A DNA stretch of 63,871 bases, counting the filler, from Folioceros fuciformis (Eukaryota), in assembly GCA_049999805.1 (NCBI GenBank). It is 4 parts of 3 records of this genome, joined end to end, with 100 filler letters (N's around TTAATTAATTAA, not from the genome) between each part and the next. Parts side by side here need not be neighbours in the genome. Positions count along the whole stretch, not along the records: positions 1 to 21,331 come from JBNGIO010006283.1; 3 more parts are not named here. One strand, given 5' to 3'. Positions 1 through 13,695 of the stretch are shown here, one piece after another (the stretch's first letter is position 1; each line of letters starts with the position of its first letter). A program made the translations under genes and the position numbers. The notes under the pieces were generated by a model. It worked only from the letters and a program-made list of their open reading frames with translations. It ran no database searches and was not told the origin of the DNA.

Positions 1-19
1 ATATATATATATATAATGG

Positions 20-175
20 CTTTAAGCCCTCAAGTAAAAATTATTTGCCAAGGTCTGCCCCAGGCCCAAGGGTGTTGCAGGTGTCAATGGTAAAAGGATG
101 AAGGCAAGTCCTCGCTCTACAGGAGAGTACTTATGAGCTTTTGCCAATGAATACTTATGAGTGAAAAGTGCACTT
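20..175 (-). mobile_element. Degenerate C-terminal fragment of an RLE-type (CRE-like) non-LTR retrotransposon
   Basis: Minus strand reads AKAHKYSPVERGLAFIL then, after a 1-nt frameshift, TIDTCNTLGPGA. This matches the K..KY....F.P...[DE]T.G.LG pattern of the restriction-like endonuclease C-terminus. Confidence 0.45.
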
Positions 176-184
176 AGGAGCGAA

Positions 185-620
185 GAATTCTCAAAAACTT
201 CTATTGCTCCCAAAATTTCACGATGTGGAATAATGAAAGGCCTACCTACCATTGATCCCAAAGAGAAGCCGTTTGACCTGCACTTGTTGTTGTTTTAAAA
301 CTGCGTTGTCCAATGCTCTTTGCAAAGCAATGGATCTACGTTGTCGAAAGAAGGTTACCATAGAGGAAAAAAAGGAGAACTCCAGACCTTGGCTCACTCC
401 TTAATGAACCTTGAAAAGTCCTTGCCCATAGCCCATGAGTCTAAGAGCAAGGGGGATGAAAGTAAGCCCGTCTTATAAGACAGAATACTTATCGACTTTG
501 GCACTTGCACAACCCTTCCATCAAGAGGGTTGATAATGATGTGCTCGCAGATCAAATCCCTAGTGTGATCTGTAATAACCATATCAGTGATACAAATATA
601 TTCCCACCTAGTGAAAAAAA
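185..620 (-). mobile_element. Degenerate 3' fragment of a CRE-like RLE non-LTR retrotransposon (family copy A)
   Basis: Clear nucleotide similarity to 25950-27075 and, inverted, to 48730-49100. Frameshifted peptides ITDMVITDHTRDL, MGKDFSRFIKE and SIALQRALDNAVF. Confidence 0.6.
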
Positions 621-2830
621 GCTCGGCTCTAGGTTTATACGTGACGATGAACTTGAATGGGACAAGTTGACATATACAATTACAAGCTTGACAAATATAT
701 CTATGAGCTTAACGACAAAAAGCGAGATCTGTTTTGAAAAGAAGACAACTCCTGAGGAAGATTAGGGACCTTGGCAGGGTGGGTAAGAATGAAAGACGGG
801 TGAGCCAAAACATTACACTAGTCATGACGTAATTTATTTGTTTGAGAAGAGCAAGATGAAAAAGTCTAATTACCCCTAAAGAGGGAGATAAACCATGATA
901 GGAACACTAGGGCTAACCCCTTGAAGTCTAATGACGACGAGAAAGGGTGGTTTACTACATTGGGGTTGTTGACGTTGCCTCTCTTGCTAACATTGTTGTC
1001 CTATATATAATATTAACCAACATTCGCTCTAGAGTAATGAAAACCCTTTGCTGAAACCCTTTGCTGGTACATATATGAATGGGAAGACCAAGCCCATTTT
1101 TCCTGATGTAAACAGGAACCCTTTGGTAAGGCGAATGGCTGGGCTTACTGGTCTTCGGAGATGCGGAGTGGACGTCCAGTTGAAGTATCTACGTATATAC
1201 ACTATCTACTGGATGTCCGTGGGTGGGGTGGAAACGTACGAAAAGTGGTATCTGAATGTTTCGTTTTCGGGCTCATCCGGATGGGAGCTGCGATGCCACT
1301 ATGGTCTGCCGTTGCCGCTGTCTGTCCTAGGGCTGGAATTCTCCTTTCTCAAGATTAGCAGCAATGCGGACGGATAGCCGCCACTGCCCCCCTTGTTGAC
1401 CACCTGTTGTTCTCCTTCTCCTCGATGTGCGATCCGGCTGCTGGCGGCCATGGGGAAATGCCGCACTATTCAGAGGAAGATTCTGCGTGTGGCATTTGCC
1501 GATGGCTGTCTGCAGGCTCATGTGCCCCTCTCACTCATCGCTTTCTGAAGATTGCTGATCGTTTTAGGACAGCAAGCCGGATTTAAGGCAGGTCCACGAA
1601 AGGGGAGTCCCTGCAACGGTGACGGGTCTGCACCGGTGATAGGTTATCGCCACGCATCCACGGTTCTGAACTCGGGTATGCTGCTCTAGATGCTTCAACA
1701 GCTAAATGTAAACCTCCAGATGTTGTATGAGGACTTCCAGAACGTTAACTTTTTGGTAATGTGGCAGGGACCAAACATCGGACAGCTCGTGGCAATGGAA
1801 TATCGAGAAGGGTTTAGGGACAGGAGGTTGGAAAAGGGGCAGCCTCGTGTCTAAGATGGTGCAAGCAACAACGTCTCCGACGTGCCCCTGCTCACCTGTT
1901 CCTGGAAGTGAAGGCAGCGCAGACGTACAGGATGCTGTTGTGACTTATTTAAGCGAAAGTGCAGGTGGACGGGGAGGTGTGGTAGTGATTCTAAGCATTG
2001 AAGGAGACGAACCTGGAGGAGCTGGAGAGAGAAGGCGACCTGAATCCGGTGTGAAGATCTTGAAGTTTGGTGACGATTTTCTACCGAACGATTCTCTGGG
2101 TAACAAAATATTTCATGGGGAACTTGTTAAGCTTCAAGAAGTCGCTAACAATCTGTGCTTTGTGTTGCATGCGAGAAGCTCGGGAAGCCATGTGTTGCCG
2201 TTGACAGTTTGAAGTCCAATGACTGAACGCGATTATCTGGCGAACAAGCCAGAGGAGCGTGTGACTATGGCATGGGAAGCTTGGGAGATATCTTGCTTAA
2301 AGTCGACAGCATGATGCGAGTCTTCAGCAGGAAGGGAGCTGAGTACTTATACAATGTTACTCATTGTTTGAAGGGATTGGTACCGTGTGCGTTCGCGGTT
2401 GTGAAATCCTAGACTGAGGGGAATGAAGCATATGCTTAAGTGCTCAGTTGTTGCTTGTTTCTTCCCAGAGAGTGAAAGTGTGAGCGTCCTCACATTCCAG
2501 AGCCTGTCTTTCCCGGGGTGAAAGTGTGAACGCTGTTCCTGTTCAAACTAATGAGACAAAATGGTTTGAAACGCGGACTGGCACTTCACAGAGAGTGAAC
2601 ATGATGAAGGATGCAAACAGGGCAGGTATTGATCGGTGTCTGTGAGACAGAATATGTGCCGAATCTGCTGTCCCTGGAGCGCCGCCTGGCCGTCACTTGC
2701 CTGGAGCTAACTGAAAATTCTTACGTATGGACCAAAGTTACGTTACAAATAATATTAAATCACGTGGCGAATCCGAGCTCTGAATGATGCACAGGACTTC
2801 CACACACCAGATCGTCTGATGTCCACCGGG

Positions 2831-5800
2831 TTATACAATCCGAAGCCATTCTCCTCCGCATATAGGGCAGCTATTTGCCCACCTTGCAGTCCACCACATC
2901 TCGTTCCCATATCCGTCATTACCACCCATCGACTGCCCAGATGGTCCTGCAAGACTACCGGTGTGTCGTCCACATCGGACACACTAGCCAAACCGGGCAT
3001 TCAACATTTTTGAGCAGAGACAAGCTAACAAATGTAGGGCCAATAAAGAAAAAGAAAAACGCAGCCCAACCTTATGCCAAGCCCCATGCGTTGTAGTTTT
3101 CCAAGTAGCTGTAATCGAGTCCCGCCTTGATCCTAGCAGCCCAGTATAGCTCCCACAGGTACTCCCAGTAGTTACTCCACAGGCAGCATTCATCTCTGCA
3201 AGCTTTCGCTTTTTGGACCTTCCGAATCTTGACCTTGCATCATTTTCCTTTCTGTCAACGTCTAGACCTATCACCCCACTGGACATAACAAGAAAATTCC
3301 ATTCCTCCGCAGGTGGATGGAGTTCAAGCTCACGCATCAGCAACCCTGCTGCATCAGCTCCACGAGGCCGAGGCAAGTTCTGCAACAAGAGTTTCAATAT
3401 GAATTATCGAAGCGGGACCCCAGTCCTAGATGGAAACGAGGATAGATCGAATCCCAGTCTGCAGTCAGAAGCACTCTGTGCGAGATAGCTGAATGAGCTA
3501 AAGCATGACAGTTTTAGTCAGTTTTGGAGATAAGACAGACCTGAACATGAGGCCCAAGTGATGACTCCACAATCTCCGGCACCACGTTGTACTGTCCATC
3601 GACATGATGAAGTTTCACTGTTTGATTGCCAAATCCTACTTGGGAGATAGGTAGAGGATGTGGCAAAGCTGACGTCTTCTTGCACAGCTCCACCAATACT
3701 AGAAAAAGGAACTTCACCTGCAAGCAGCAACCTCAACTGAGTATCGCACTTCGATTGCTGCGCTGTTGCAAGAGGATCTTCAGAACAGAAACTGGGCCCA
3801 ACAAACCTCGTCAGCAGTGTATCCATGGCTAACGTTGCCACTGCCCATCCTTGCATTCCGTGGAGGTGCGTAGTCTTCAGCAGCCTGCCCAGCTGAAACA
3901 GATCTTCAACACGTCTGTTGCGTCCGAAGGAAACACACAAGAATTGCCAAAATAAGCTTGTAGATTACCTGAAGTGGTCTTGCCAGCACCTAACCGTTGT
4001 TGCCTTTTTCTGAAGACAAGGCAAAACAGAAGCAACTGGCAGAGCTTGTGAAGGAAGTATGCATCTCCCACCAGCCGCACACATGGGATGCCTGGAAATG
4101 TTGATGTGTTCAAAGTGTTTGATGAGAAGGTGGTATTTTGGGTACCGACACTTGTGACGGTACTTGCTCCACCCCCCTCTGTGCTATTGTGAATTTTTGC
4201 CATGGCGCCCTGTACAAACGCATGCAGCTGGGCAGTGCCCCCATTATTCGGGGCAGCCTGTGCTCCTGGAAAGGATTAGATAATCAGGGTCAGCCAGCCA
4301 TGTGCTTAGTGCCTGAAGTTCATGGCTAAAAATGTAAAATTGGGGCAATCCATCCACCCACAGACACTTCCAAAAGAGGAGTGTCTGTAGGTGGATTGAT
4401 CCCACAAGCAAACATTGGCAAGAGATAAGAGTTACCCTGCGGTCCTGCGTTGGAAGTTATGGCGCCTATGTGCCCAACAAAACGACTAGATCCATTGTTC
4501 GAAGAACTGTTTACCGCAGCTTGTGAAAGAGTCCGACAAAAACTTGCATAGCGGCGTAATCGTGTCAAGAAATGTGAAGCCATGTCCAGAATACAGTCTA
4601 CATGTCCCTGCAGGACAAACACAGAATGTCAGTGACATCCAGAATATTTCACAATGTAAACACGTTTGCAAGTAAGCAAAAGCCCAACATTCATAGACAA
4701 GCTATCCTCCAGAGTTCCATCCTAAGGAAGACTACAACCTGAATGATTGGTGCTAGTGCTGCATCAACGGCCATGGCGTCTGGTCCCAATCCAGACAGAA
4801 CCTCATTAGAAGAGGCTTGCCATGGGTCTGCAATGAGAGTGGCCGGGTTGATCAAGGCTGCATCTAAACTCTTCCTCAGAAATTCCAGCAGAAGTCTCGC
4901 TTGCATATCAACCACTAGAGCACGGACATCTGTTGCGTCCACCCCTTCAAGAACCTGACACTTCAAGCAATCCAAAGCCTGTCGTAGGACATCACCTTCC
5001 CCTGTTAGTCCCTTCCCTTACTAGAAAGACTTGCCTAAGTGCTTTCATAAAATTTTCCAAGCCCTATTCTATCCAGCATCGAAGGTTTAAAACGAATCTA
5101 CTAGCGTACGTACAGGTCCATAACACTGGCGATGAGTTGCACTTGGTAGGGCATGGAAGTCTGCATCCAAGATAGCCAGCACCCTGCTGACAGACACTGA
5201 GCACAAAACAAAGAACAAAACTCACCACCTGATTCAAGCAAACGAAAAGGATCATCCAAGCATTACTTCTGCTCATTATCAAGAGGAAATGCCAGCAAAT
5301 CTAGTTGACTGAAAGCAAGTCAGCTCTTGAGAGAGTCACCTATGCCCTCCTCCGCTATACTTTGTATAGACGCAGAAATATCCCACCAGTCAAATGCATT
5401 TACAACGCTCCACCAAAATCTTTGTTATGAAAAGGAAAATAGTAAGAACGAACATGAGCAACAACATAACGAAAGGCACGTCAATAAGTTGTCACACAAC
5501 AAACCTGTCTGCCAGGTGTCGTTCCCATGACATTGAGCTGGACATTCCTTGACTAGAAGCAGCAACCAGCGGTCGAACTCTCACCACTTTAAGTATACTG
5601 GAACATAAGCTCCCTTGGTGCCAGACATACGCCACACAGCACCCGTTGGGAGAAAAGGCTGGACAAGTAGCGGAGTAGTATGACCCCAGATGGAAGGTCT
5701 CCAACAAGGTCAAGTTCTGCCCTGAAAGTATCTGTACGTCTCCTGATGCCAAAGTGACGGCTATTTCTCCACCATGAGCAGAGAATAACACTTTTGCAAA

Positions 5801-8189
5801 CGCCCTTGAATCTGAAACGCGGATATCTCCTAAGATATGCTCCTTGACAACGAGCGGCATTTGTAGATTTGAGGGACCGAGGCTTTTTGTTTCAGTCATC
5901 CTCCAAGTTGTTTTCATGGGATAAGCAACTGACTGATAGTTTAAGCTACTTGACTCAAGGAGTGGGTGGACCGTAACTTGTTGAGAAGAACTTTCCCAAC
6001 GTTGCACTTTCCACCCAGTTAATGAAGGGCCCTCATCCAGATGGTTAGGTGACACATAGTAACCTGCGCAGAAACCCATTCCTTAGATAAGTGTCAGACT
6101 TGAACCAGCACACGTGCGAACACATGATTCAGCAATGCCGTGTATCTTCTTAAAAGTGCAGCAAAAATATCCCAGGCTATTGATTGAGTCTGGAGAGGGT
6201 CGGAATTTTCACATCAGTTGAAAAGGGTGGAAATGGAACTTACCTTCAACAACAAGAGCTATAATAGAAGAGCCCCTATCGGAGGGGTCAAAGACCACAG
6301 CTGCAACTCCTGAGCTCCAACCGGTAGAAGTCATGCCCGCTGGGATAGAATCCTCGACCCTGGGACAGGCACCCAAATTCGAGACAGCAGAGCAGTGGAG
6401 AGAGGGTCCAACCTTTGTTTCAGCAGTTTGCCCTGGTTTTATTTCAAAATCAGAATGCTGCTGCCAGTTCAATAAAGTCGCTACTAGAGGGGAATAGCCA
6501 TTGGACATGGCAACGGAAGGGAGAGGTCCAGAGCCAAACTTTAATGCCGCTTGTGGATTGCTAGTGGGATTACCCATATTGTTGGAAGTCACCTCCCAAA
6601 CAACAACAGTAGAGGGATTCCCTATGGGAACGCCAGCTACCAACAGTACTCCTGCTTCATTGACGATCACATCTGCAGCCCATACACCACTAGGCCCTGC
6701 ACCTAAAGCTCCCTTGTTCGTGGAAAGCCATTTTGAGGAGCCTCCAATTTTGTCGATTGTTCCTGTTTGACGCCAGTGAAGCTGGACATAGCCGGAGGTA
6801 TACACAGTGCAGATGCACAAAAAGTTCGGCCACCTGGCTGCCAAGTCACCAGAGCATGCTGTCAGAAGATGAGACTCGGCAGAGTGGCAATTAACCTCCT
6901 AGACGTTTTGTCAGCTAGAGTTAGTACCATAGACGTATAGCAGAACTACACTAAGATAATTTAATGCAACACACATGCAGTAGATAGGAAACGAGAAAGG
7001 AATGAAAAATGTACCAGCAGCCCTTGGCTGCTGAGAGATGAACCTGTCTTCAAATGATGGTTTAGATGCCGCAGTTGTTGGTTCCCAGCGATACTGCCAA
7101 CCCCACAAACATGCGCCTGGTCAGACATTGAAAAATGCCATGGAATAACTACGTGCATGGCCCAACCACAAGCAAGTAATCCCTGGTGACTGCCAGGATC
7201 CCTGCAGAGGTGCATCACATCGAGATTTTAGAGGACGTTGATCACTATACCGGAGAGCTTGCGCTTATCCACTTTGTCACAGCTGTATTTTCTTGCCGCC
7301 ATTTACGCTCACATGACCAGCTGTTGATAGCACGAGCAGTATTGCAGTGGTCCTGGGCAGTCCTCTTCACCATCAACACAAACTACACAAGAACGATGAC
7401 ATGTAAAAAAAAATGACGAGGGAACACCATATCCAATCGTTCCCCTCTTACTTCAGAGGGATGGGTCCAAATGGTTGCTTTCCCACAAGAGTTCACCGCC
7501 AGAAGGGCAGTTGGGCAGGATGGAGGTGACCATTCCAGAGACTGCATAGCGTCAAATGGTGAATCTGCAAACAAGGCACCAAAACACTGTGGATCGCAAA
7601 CACAACACAGCATAACAGCCAGCCCCAAGACACAGTCTCCAACATCTGCTCATTCAGGACAGTGGACGAAGTAGACCAATAACACCATACCAGCAGGAAC
7701 GTTGATAGTCGCATTTTCTGTGGGCCGCTCAGGTGACAGCAGGTGAACAGGGATCCAGAACCCTTGCTGCACGTTTGAGCTGGTAAATGAAGAAACAAAC
7801 AAGACACCGTAAGTCCGAAAACCTACTGAAAGTGGGTTCCTTCAAAAGTGATTAACAAAGACCATTTTAATTTTATCTTTGCCCACAGAATCCTTCAAAA
7901 GAGATTGATGTAGACCATACCGTGGATCCCTTGCACATGTTTCCGAAGCGCATGCAATCAAGCTGGTCCGCATCGACCATGCCGTTGTGCTGTAAGGCAA
8001 GACAGAAATATGTGAGGGTGGGAATGCAGACTCACGAAACAGAGGTGAAGATAAGGGAATATACCTGAAAGTCCGCCCGACCTCGCCCAGATTACGTTTG
8101 TTTATGGTGGCCTGAAACATGGTACCGGGGGAGTGGCCCTCGGATTTGAATCGAGCCAGCTCCGATCCATCTGGGAAATCCATCTTCAT
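2831..8189 (-). CDS. MED16: Mediator of RNA polymerase II transcription subunit 16 (SFR6), multi-exon
   Basis: Exon peptides IACASETCARDP, RWPNFLCICTVYTSGYVQLHW, HFLTRLRRYASFCRTL, FLHKLCQLLLFC and GSRRDSITATWKT. Last exon 2983-2831 reads CVRCGRHT...WWTARWANSCPICGGEWLRIV*. Start codon uncertain (ATG at 8189 or 8183, or an upstream exon). Confidence 0.92.
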
Positions 8190-9437
8190 GGAGCGGTCCC
8201 AAAATCCGCTCACAGCATACGGTTATCTACATGCAGGTGCCCTTCTCAGCAACCGTAAAGGTGCAGCTCTAGACCACGAAGCAATTGATGCTGGCAGCTC
8301 GCAACTCCGCTAAAGACGGGGTACAGAAAGTAAGTCTCGCCTAATGAACTCCAGAGGGCTCTGTTAATTCTGTGGGAGGGCTCTGTTAATTCTGCGGAAG
8401 GGCTCAACTCAGCAACAAGCCCGCACTCATGTGACAACCGTTACCAATTCCCCGTGCAACATGGGTGCTCTCTGTCTGCCCCACCTTCCTCGGCCGGCCA
8501 CTTCCTACGCCGGCTGAACGTGCAACGGCACCTATTCTAGAATTATTTTCATCTGTGCAACTTTGACTGCGCGGTTTTTTTCTCCTTCCGTATCCTGAAG
8601 TCCATATCCTTCCCTCCATCAACTCCAAACGCCTTTAAGTTCATATTTTTATTTTTTCTTGACCTCTTTTGAAATTTGATATTACTAACAAAGTATTATT
8701 GCAAAGTAACAAAGATAGCATCTCTAAGATTTTGCTACATAATCGTAAACACATGTACAACAAATGCTACATATTCTTTCCCATTTATATTTCTATGTAG
8801 AATTGACACATGTCACATCAACTCGAGATGCTACTCCTTCAAGCATAGTATTGCCAAAGAGAAAATCCATGTACTGCAGCCAAAGCGAACCAACCTTCTA
8901 TGGTCCAAGTACACCAACTTTAAACTCCAAAGCCTTCTATGAGTTTTGGTCAAGTAGAACCAAAGCTTGCTGAGCTCTAAATGCAAGATGCAATAAGAAA
9001 GGACTTGAATGTTGAGACAAGGATCATGCAAAAGAGATTCCAGGTTGAGCGCTAACCATGGACGGGGCAAGGTGATTGGGAAACGGAAGACCAAGGTAGC
9101 CCGGTGCTCATGCCCCCGGGGTGTAATACCCAAGGGCCGCCTCTCCAGGTCGTTATCATCGAAATCGGAGCTGTGGTAAGTGGGCGACCCGTGTCTACAT
9201 ATTGTGGCGGACGGAGCTCCGTTTTCATTTCCTAGTTGCTTCCGAAACTATGTACATACGGGCTGGACGAAACTGTTGAAAAACTCCAATTTGAGTAGGC
9301 CTTGAATGGGAGGGGACAGAAGAGCCAAGGCGAGACGACACGTGACGTGACACGAAGTCGATGCTTGCGAAGAAGGAGCGGTGTTCTGGCGCCCCACTGT
9401 GGGAATGTGACTTCGAATTAAGGAGCGGACGTGGACT

Positions 9438-10914
9438 ATGGCTTTGCGAGCTCAGCGATGCGTGGTTTGGGGTAGCGCGCTGCTCCTCTTTCTGCTGCTC
9501 ATGCTCATCACACCCCGGATAAAGCAATCTCAATCTTACCACCTCTTTGCGGATCACCGTAATTTTTTCGGTACGCAACCTCGTGGCTACTCTCTTGCCT
9601 AGGGTAACACGTCCTGGATTGTAACATGGAGGGGATTGAATCAGATTGCCTTGGCTTGCTTGCCAGGCATTCCCAACACTCTCAATGTGGTTTCCAACTT
9701 CCCTTTCCTCGTAATCGGCATCACCGGCATGGTACTTTGTCTACAGGACAGCTTCGGACTCAGGTATGCTCCATGGAACTGGTGGGGTGCGCTTCTGTGT
9801 CTCCAGCTGGATTTTCTTGTCCCTAATATTTGGTTTTGTTGGCAGTTTGCGTGGAGAAGTGTGGGGATGGATGTGCTTCTTTTTCGGAATCGCTTCCACT
9901 GCCTTTGGCTCCGCGTACTATCATCTGAACCCGAATGATGCCACCCTTGTGTGGGACCGCCTTCCGGTCAGTTTGTTTTGCCAGCCTCGCGCAAGCAAAA
10001 TCCGCCTCTTGTCACTACATCCTTGCCTTGTCTGATGCAAGTTGTGATGTGCAGATGACTATCGCCTTCTCTTCGGTTATGGCTGTATTCATAATCGAAA
10101 GAATAGATGAGCATTCCGGCAGTGCTTCTCTTCTGCCTCTCTTGGCTGCAGGGATAACGAGTGTGGCTTACTGGCGGTAACTTCGCTGCACACAAACCTA
10201 CCTGTTCTCTGCTGTGAGACCTCTGTTTCACAACAGCAACTCGTTATCAACCGTTCTTCGCTGACATGGTTTTGCAGGTTTGCAGATGATTTGAGGCCAT
10301 ATGCCTTAGTGCAATTCGTACCATGTGTGGCCATCCCAGCCATGACGATCATGCTGCCACCAAGATATACGCATTCTGTTTACTGGTTATGTGCTGCAGG
10401 TATTCACAGATTTGTTGTTGAGGCTGTCAAGTTAACATCGTGCTGCTGCGGTGTATGCCTTGCATGTTCTGTGCGTGCTGGATAGGCTCATATTGCGATT
10501 CAGTCATGTTGGTTCATTTATTTTGGTGTTATTGTCCAGGATGGTATGTGCTCGCAAAGCTTGCCGAGGCTCTTGACACTAATGTATACGATTGGACATA
10601 CTCCATAGTCAGCGGCCACACTTTGAAGCATCTATTTGCAGCTGTAGTGCCGATCTGTACAATCATCATGCTCACGCGTCGAAGTGTGCACATGGAAAGG
10701 TATGTGGTGGAAAATTGTCTACGCTGCCCCGTTTTCGCCTCTTAACTATTGACCTAATTGATTTCGCTGCAGCCAGAACAGCTTGTATGAAAAATGGAAA
10801 GTCAAATTCTACCGTATGTATGAAAGACAATCGTATACAGAAGGATGGCGGCGGAGGTACAATGGGCAAGGAAGGCAGACGCTGGAGGTGACCGAATCTC
10901 TGGTCCATGCCTGA
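9438..10914 (+). CDS. Alkaline (phyto)ceramidase-like / SAG18-like multi-pass membrane protein, multi-exon
   Basis: Spliced peptides YHLFADHRNFFG|IPNTLNVVSNFPF, GSAYYHLNPNDATLVWDRLP, DDLRPYALVQFVP and SGHTLKHL (CREST-type His motifs). GT-AG introns; stop at 10912-10914. Confidence 0.85.
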
Positions 10915-11059
10915 ACCTGCAGTACTGGGTAGTTCGTCTCCTTACTCAGGTTGGAGACCGCGTCTTTAGTTCAGGCGTAACTCGGTCCAGTAGCTCGTCT
11001 CCTAAACTCGGGTAGTAGGCATTTGTATGCTTTCACAGTCGGATGATTCTCTGAGTGGC

Positions 11060-11095
11060 GGATAGGTGACCTCCCAGGAAGTCCTGTGCTGCACC
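11060..11095 (+). pseudogene. 5S rRNA-derived fragment (3' ~37 nt) followed by a pyrimidine tract
   Basis: GGATAGGTGACCTCCCAGGAAGTCCT-GTGCTGCACC versus the plant 5S 3' end GGATGGGTGACCTCCCGGGAAGTCCTCGTGTTGCACC (consensus recalled from memory): 3 mismatches and 1 gap. The 5' two-thirds of 5S is not recognisable. Confidence 0.7.
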
Positions 11096-11337
11096 ATTTT
11101 CCTCTTGTTTCCTTCTCCCCTTTTCCTTCTCCACATTTGCATTTCGCACTTCTTAATTTTTCATTACTTTCTCTACCGCACCCGCAGCCCTAATTCACTG
11201 TAAATTGATGATCTTACGACTGGAGTCCTAATTTCACCGTCAAATGATGATCTTATTGAAGTTTCACAACAGGCTCTATAGAATATAGAAACGTTGCACA
11301 CTGGCCGGAGAGGCAGAACTAATTGGACAGCTGGAAA

Positions 11338-13291
11338 TTAGTCTGGACTGATGCTCCGCTCATAGGCGGACCAACCAGCAACACGGTACTCCTTAGCTGC
11401 CAAAGCTTGGTCTTTTGCTTTGATGATACCGCGCCCCACGATGATAACATCGCTTCCTCTTTCACGGATCGCCTGCGCCGGAAAAATGGGTGAGGAATGA
11501 GAAGACGCTTCGCTCGACATAAGTCTCAGGAGGAACGACGAAGAAAGGCATACGAGAAGCCAGCCTTACAGAGTCCGGTGTGTTGTACTGCTGACCCAGG
11601 GCATCTCCGCCAACACTCAACTGCACGCCTGGGGTCATGTGAACCCATGCTGGGTTGCTGGGTGCCCCTTGTGGCCACCCTGCAGGATTTACCGAGATGA
11701 AACCGATGACGAAGTCTGGATGCTGTGCAGCAATGTTGGCGGCTGCCACGGTGTAGTCACCTTTGGCAAGCGTCCCAGCTGAACTCATTTCCGCAAGCAG
11801 CAGAAGGCCCCTTCCTTTGGGTGATCCCTGCCGAATACATGACGAGTCAGTGCCCAGTTGGTAGCAGCTCAGTCTCAAAGCCTCTGACCAACAGCTATAA
11901 AACTGTACAGAACGACTGTCGAGATGTACCTTAAGCTTTAGACCATCGACGATACTTGGTCCTGATACAATATGGGCATTCGTGATATCCGCCCACTCAA
12001 CAATCTTGAAAATACCTCTGTACAGGTACAGGTACAGAAACAGACCCAAGCCATTAATATCACTCAAGAAAACGACGTCAAGCCAAAATCACCTCGTCAC
12101 CAACGTTGACACCCGAGTAGCAACTCACCCTTCATATTGCATGGTAACTGTGTTCCCTATGTCTGCAAATTTCCTGTCCTCGAAGATCAGGAAGTCATGC
12201 TTGTCTGCAATCTACCAACGAGTCACCCATAAGGATTGTCTGTCCACTGAAATATTGGTGGAAACGTCCAAGCCAGTGCAACGACAAGCTCCTCACCACT
12301 CTAAGCTTGGCACCGAAGTCCGGGGAGAAGTCTGGCAAGATGTCCACATGGGTCTTAAGAACGCAAATCTCAGGCCCTACCTGAGAGACAGGGATCATAA
12401 ACTCAGTTTCATGCACATATTTAACATGACGAAGCTCATGGAGAAACACACAGAAACGCAACCTCTCACCGTGTCAGCAAGCCTCAAAAGCTCCTCGGCG
12501 GTGGAGACATCGGCAGCCAGTGACAGATTACTCTTCTTCCGCTCCATAAGCTCCCACAGTTTCCTCCCAGTCGGGTTACTTGCCAGCGCAGCCCTGTCAG
12601 CATAAGGCAACCTCCTGGCCCGCACAGGCACAGGGTCAGGCGCCGGAGCCGGAACCGACACAGTTGTCTGGTTCTCAGCCACGAACTTCTTCACCGACGA
12701 CGCGACATCCTCCGTCAGCTTGCCATGCCGCACAAGCACGTCCACCATGTGAGTCAGCGTCAGAGCTGCGTGCAGCTTCAAGCCCCTGGCGGCCAGATTA
12801 GCCCGCCCCCCCTGTTCCCTGTCGATGAGCACCACCACGTCGGTAACCTTCAAGCCCACAGCCTCGAGAGGCTCCACCGTTTCCAATACCGAGGCCCCGC
12901 TGGTGACCAAATCCTCGATCACCAAGCAGGTGTCGCCCGCGTGGAAGGCGCCCTCGATGGCCTTCCTGGTGCCGTAGTCCTTCACCTCCTTCCTCCGCAT
13001 CACCATGGGCACGCCGTGCGCCAGGGAGATGCATGTGGCGATGGGGAGCGCTGTGTATGGCACCCCACAGATCACATCCTGCTTTCCCTCCGCCCCTTGC
13101 GCAGATTCCCACATGCATTCTGACACCTGCTTCAGCAATGCCGGGTAAGACACTATCACCCGCAGGTCGATGTAGATCGGCGACTGCACTCCGCTCTTGA
13201 GCTTGAAGCTCCCAAATTTCACAGCTTCCGCATCGTACAAGGCATCCACCAGCTGCTCATGCCCGGCGGACGCCACCACTATGCCGACCAT
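11338..13291 (-). CDS. UMPS: Bifunctional UMP synthase (orotate phosphoribosyltransferase + OMP decarboxylase), multi-exon
   Basis: OPRT motifs [19 protein letters not shown] and [12 protein letters not shown] motifs [33 protein letters not shown] and IIVGRGI. Confidence 0.96.
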
Positions 13292-13695
13292 CCCTCCTCT
13301 GCAATTCCTGCGATTCAAACCCTTCTAATCGCTCCACGTCAAGCTCATAAACAAATCTACGCAGACGCAGTTCCCAACTCTGTAGCAGGACGACCGATTG
13401 GGATCGAAAAACATATAGCTCATATTCCAGCCTATGTATCCAGGTCCACGATTTCCAATGCGCTACTCTAACACAGAGTTCCAAGCGATCGATCGTATCG
13501 GCCCCTTGCGAGCGCTGCAGAACCCTAACCCTACTTTCCAGAAGGAAAGGCTGCTTTGCAGGACACAAAATCACGGTGGTACTCACCAGCCAAACCGAGC
13601 TCTCTCGTTTGGTTTGGTCTGGTCAGGTCGGTACGGTATACGGGATGCGGATTCAATGCCCGGTGGAAGATCAGAAAATGGATTCCTGGATTTCT

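Noticed and set aside
1048-2300. Separate gene downstream of MED16
   Set aside because: Short ORFs in several frames with no recognisable motif or consistent splice path.
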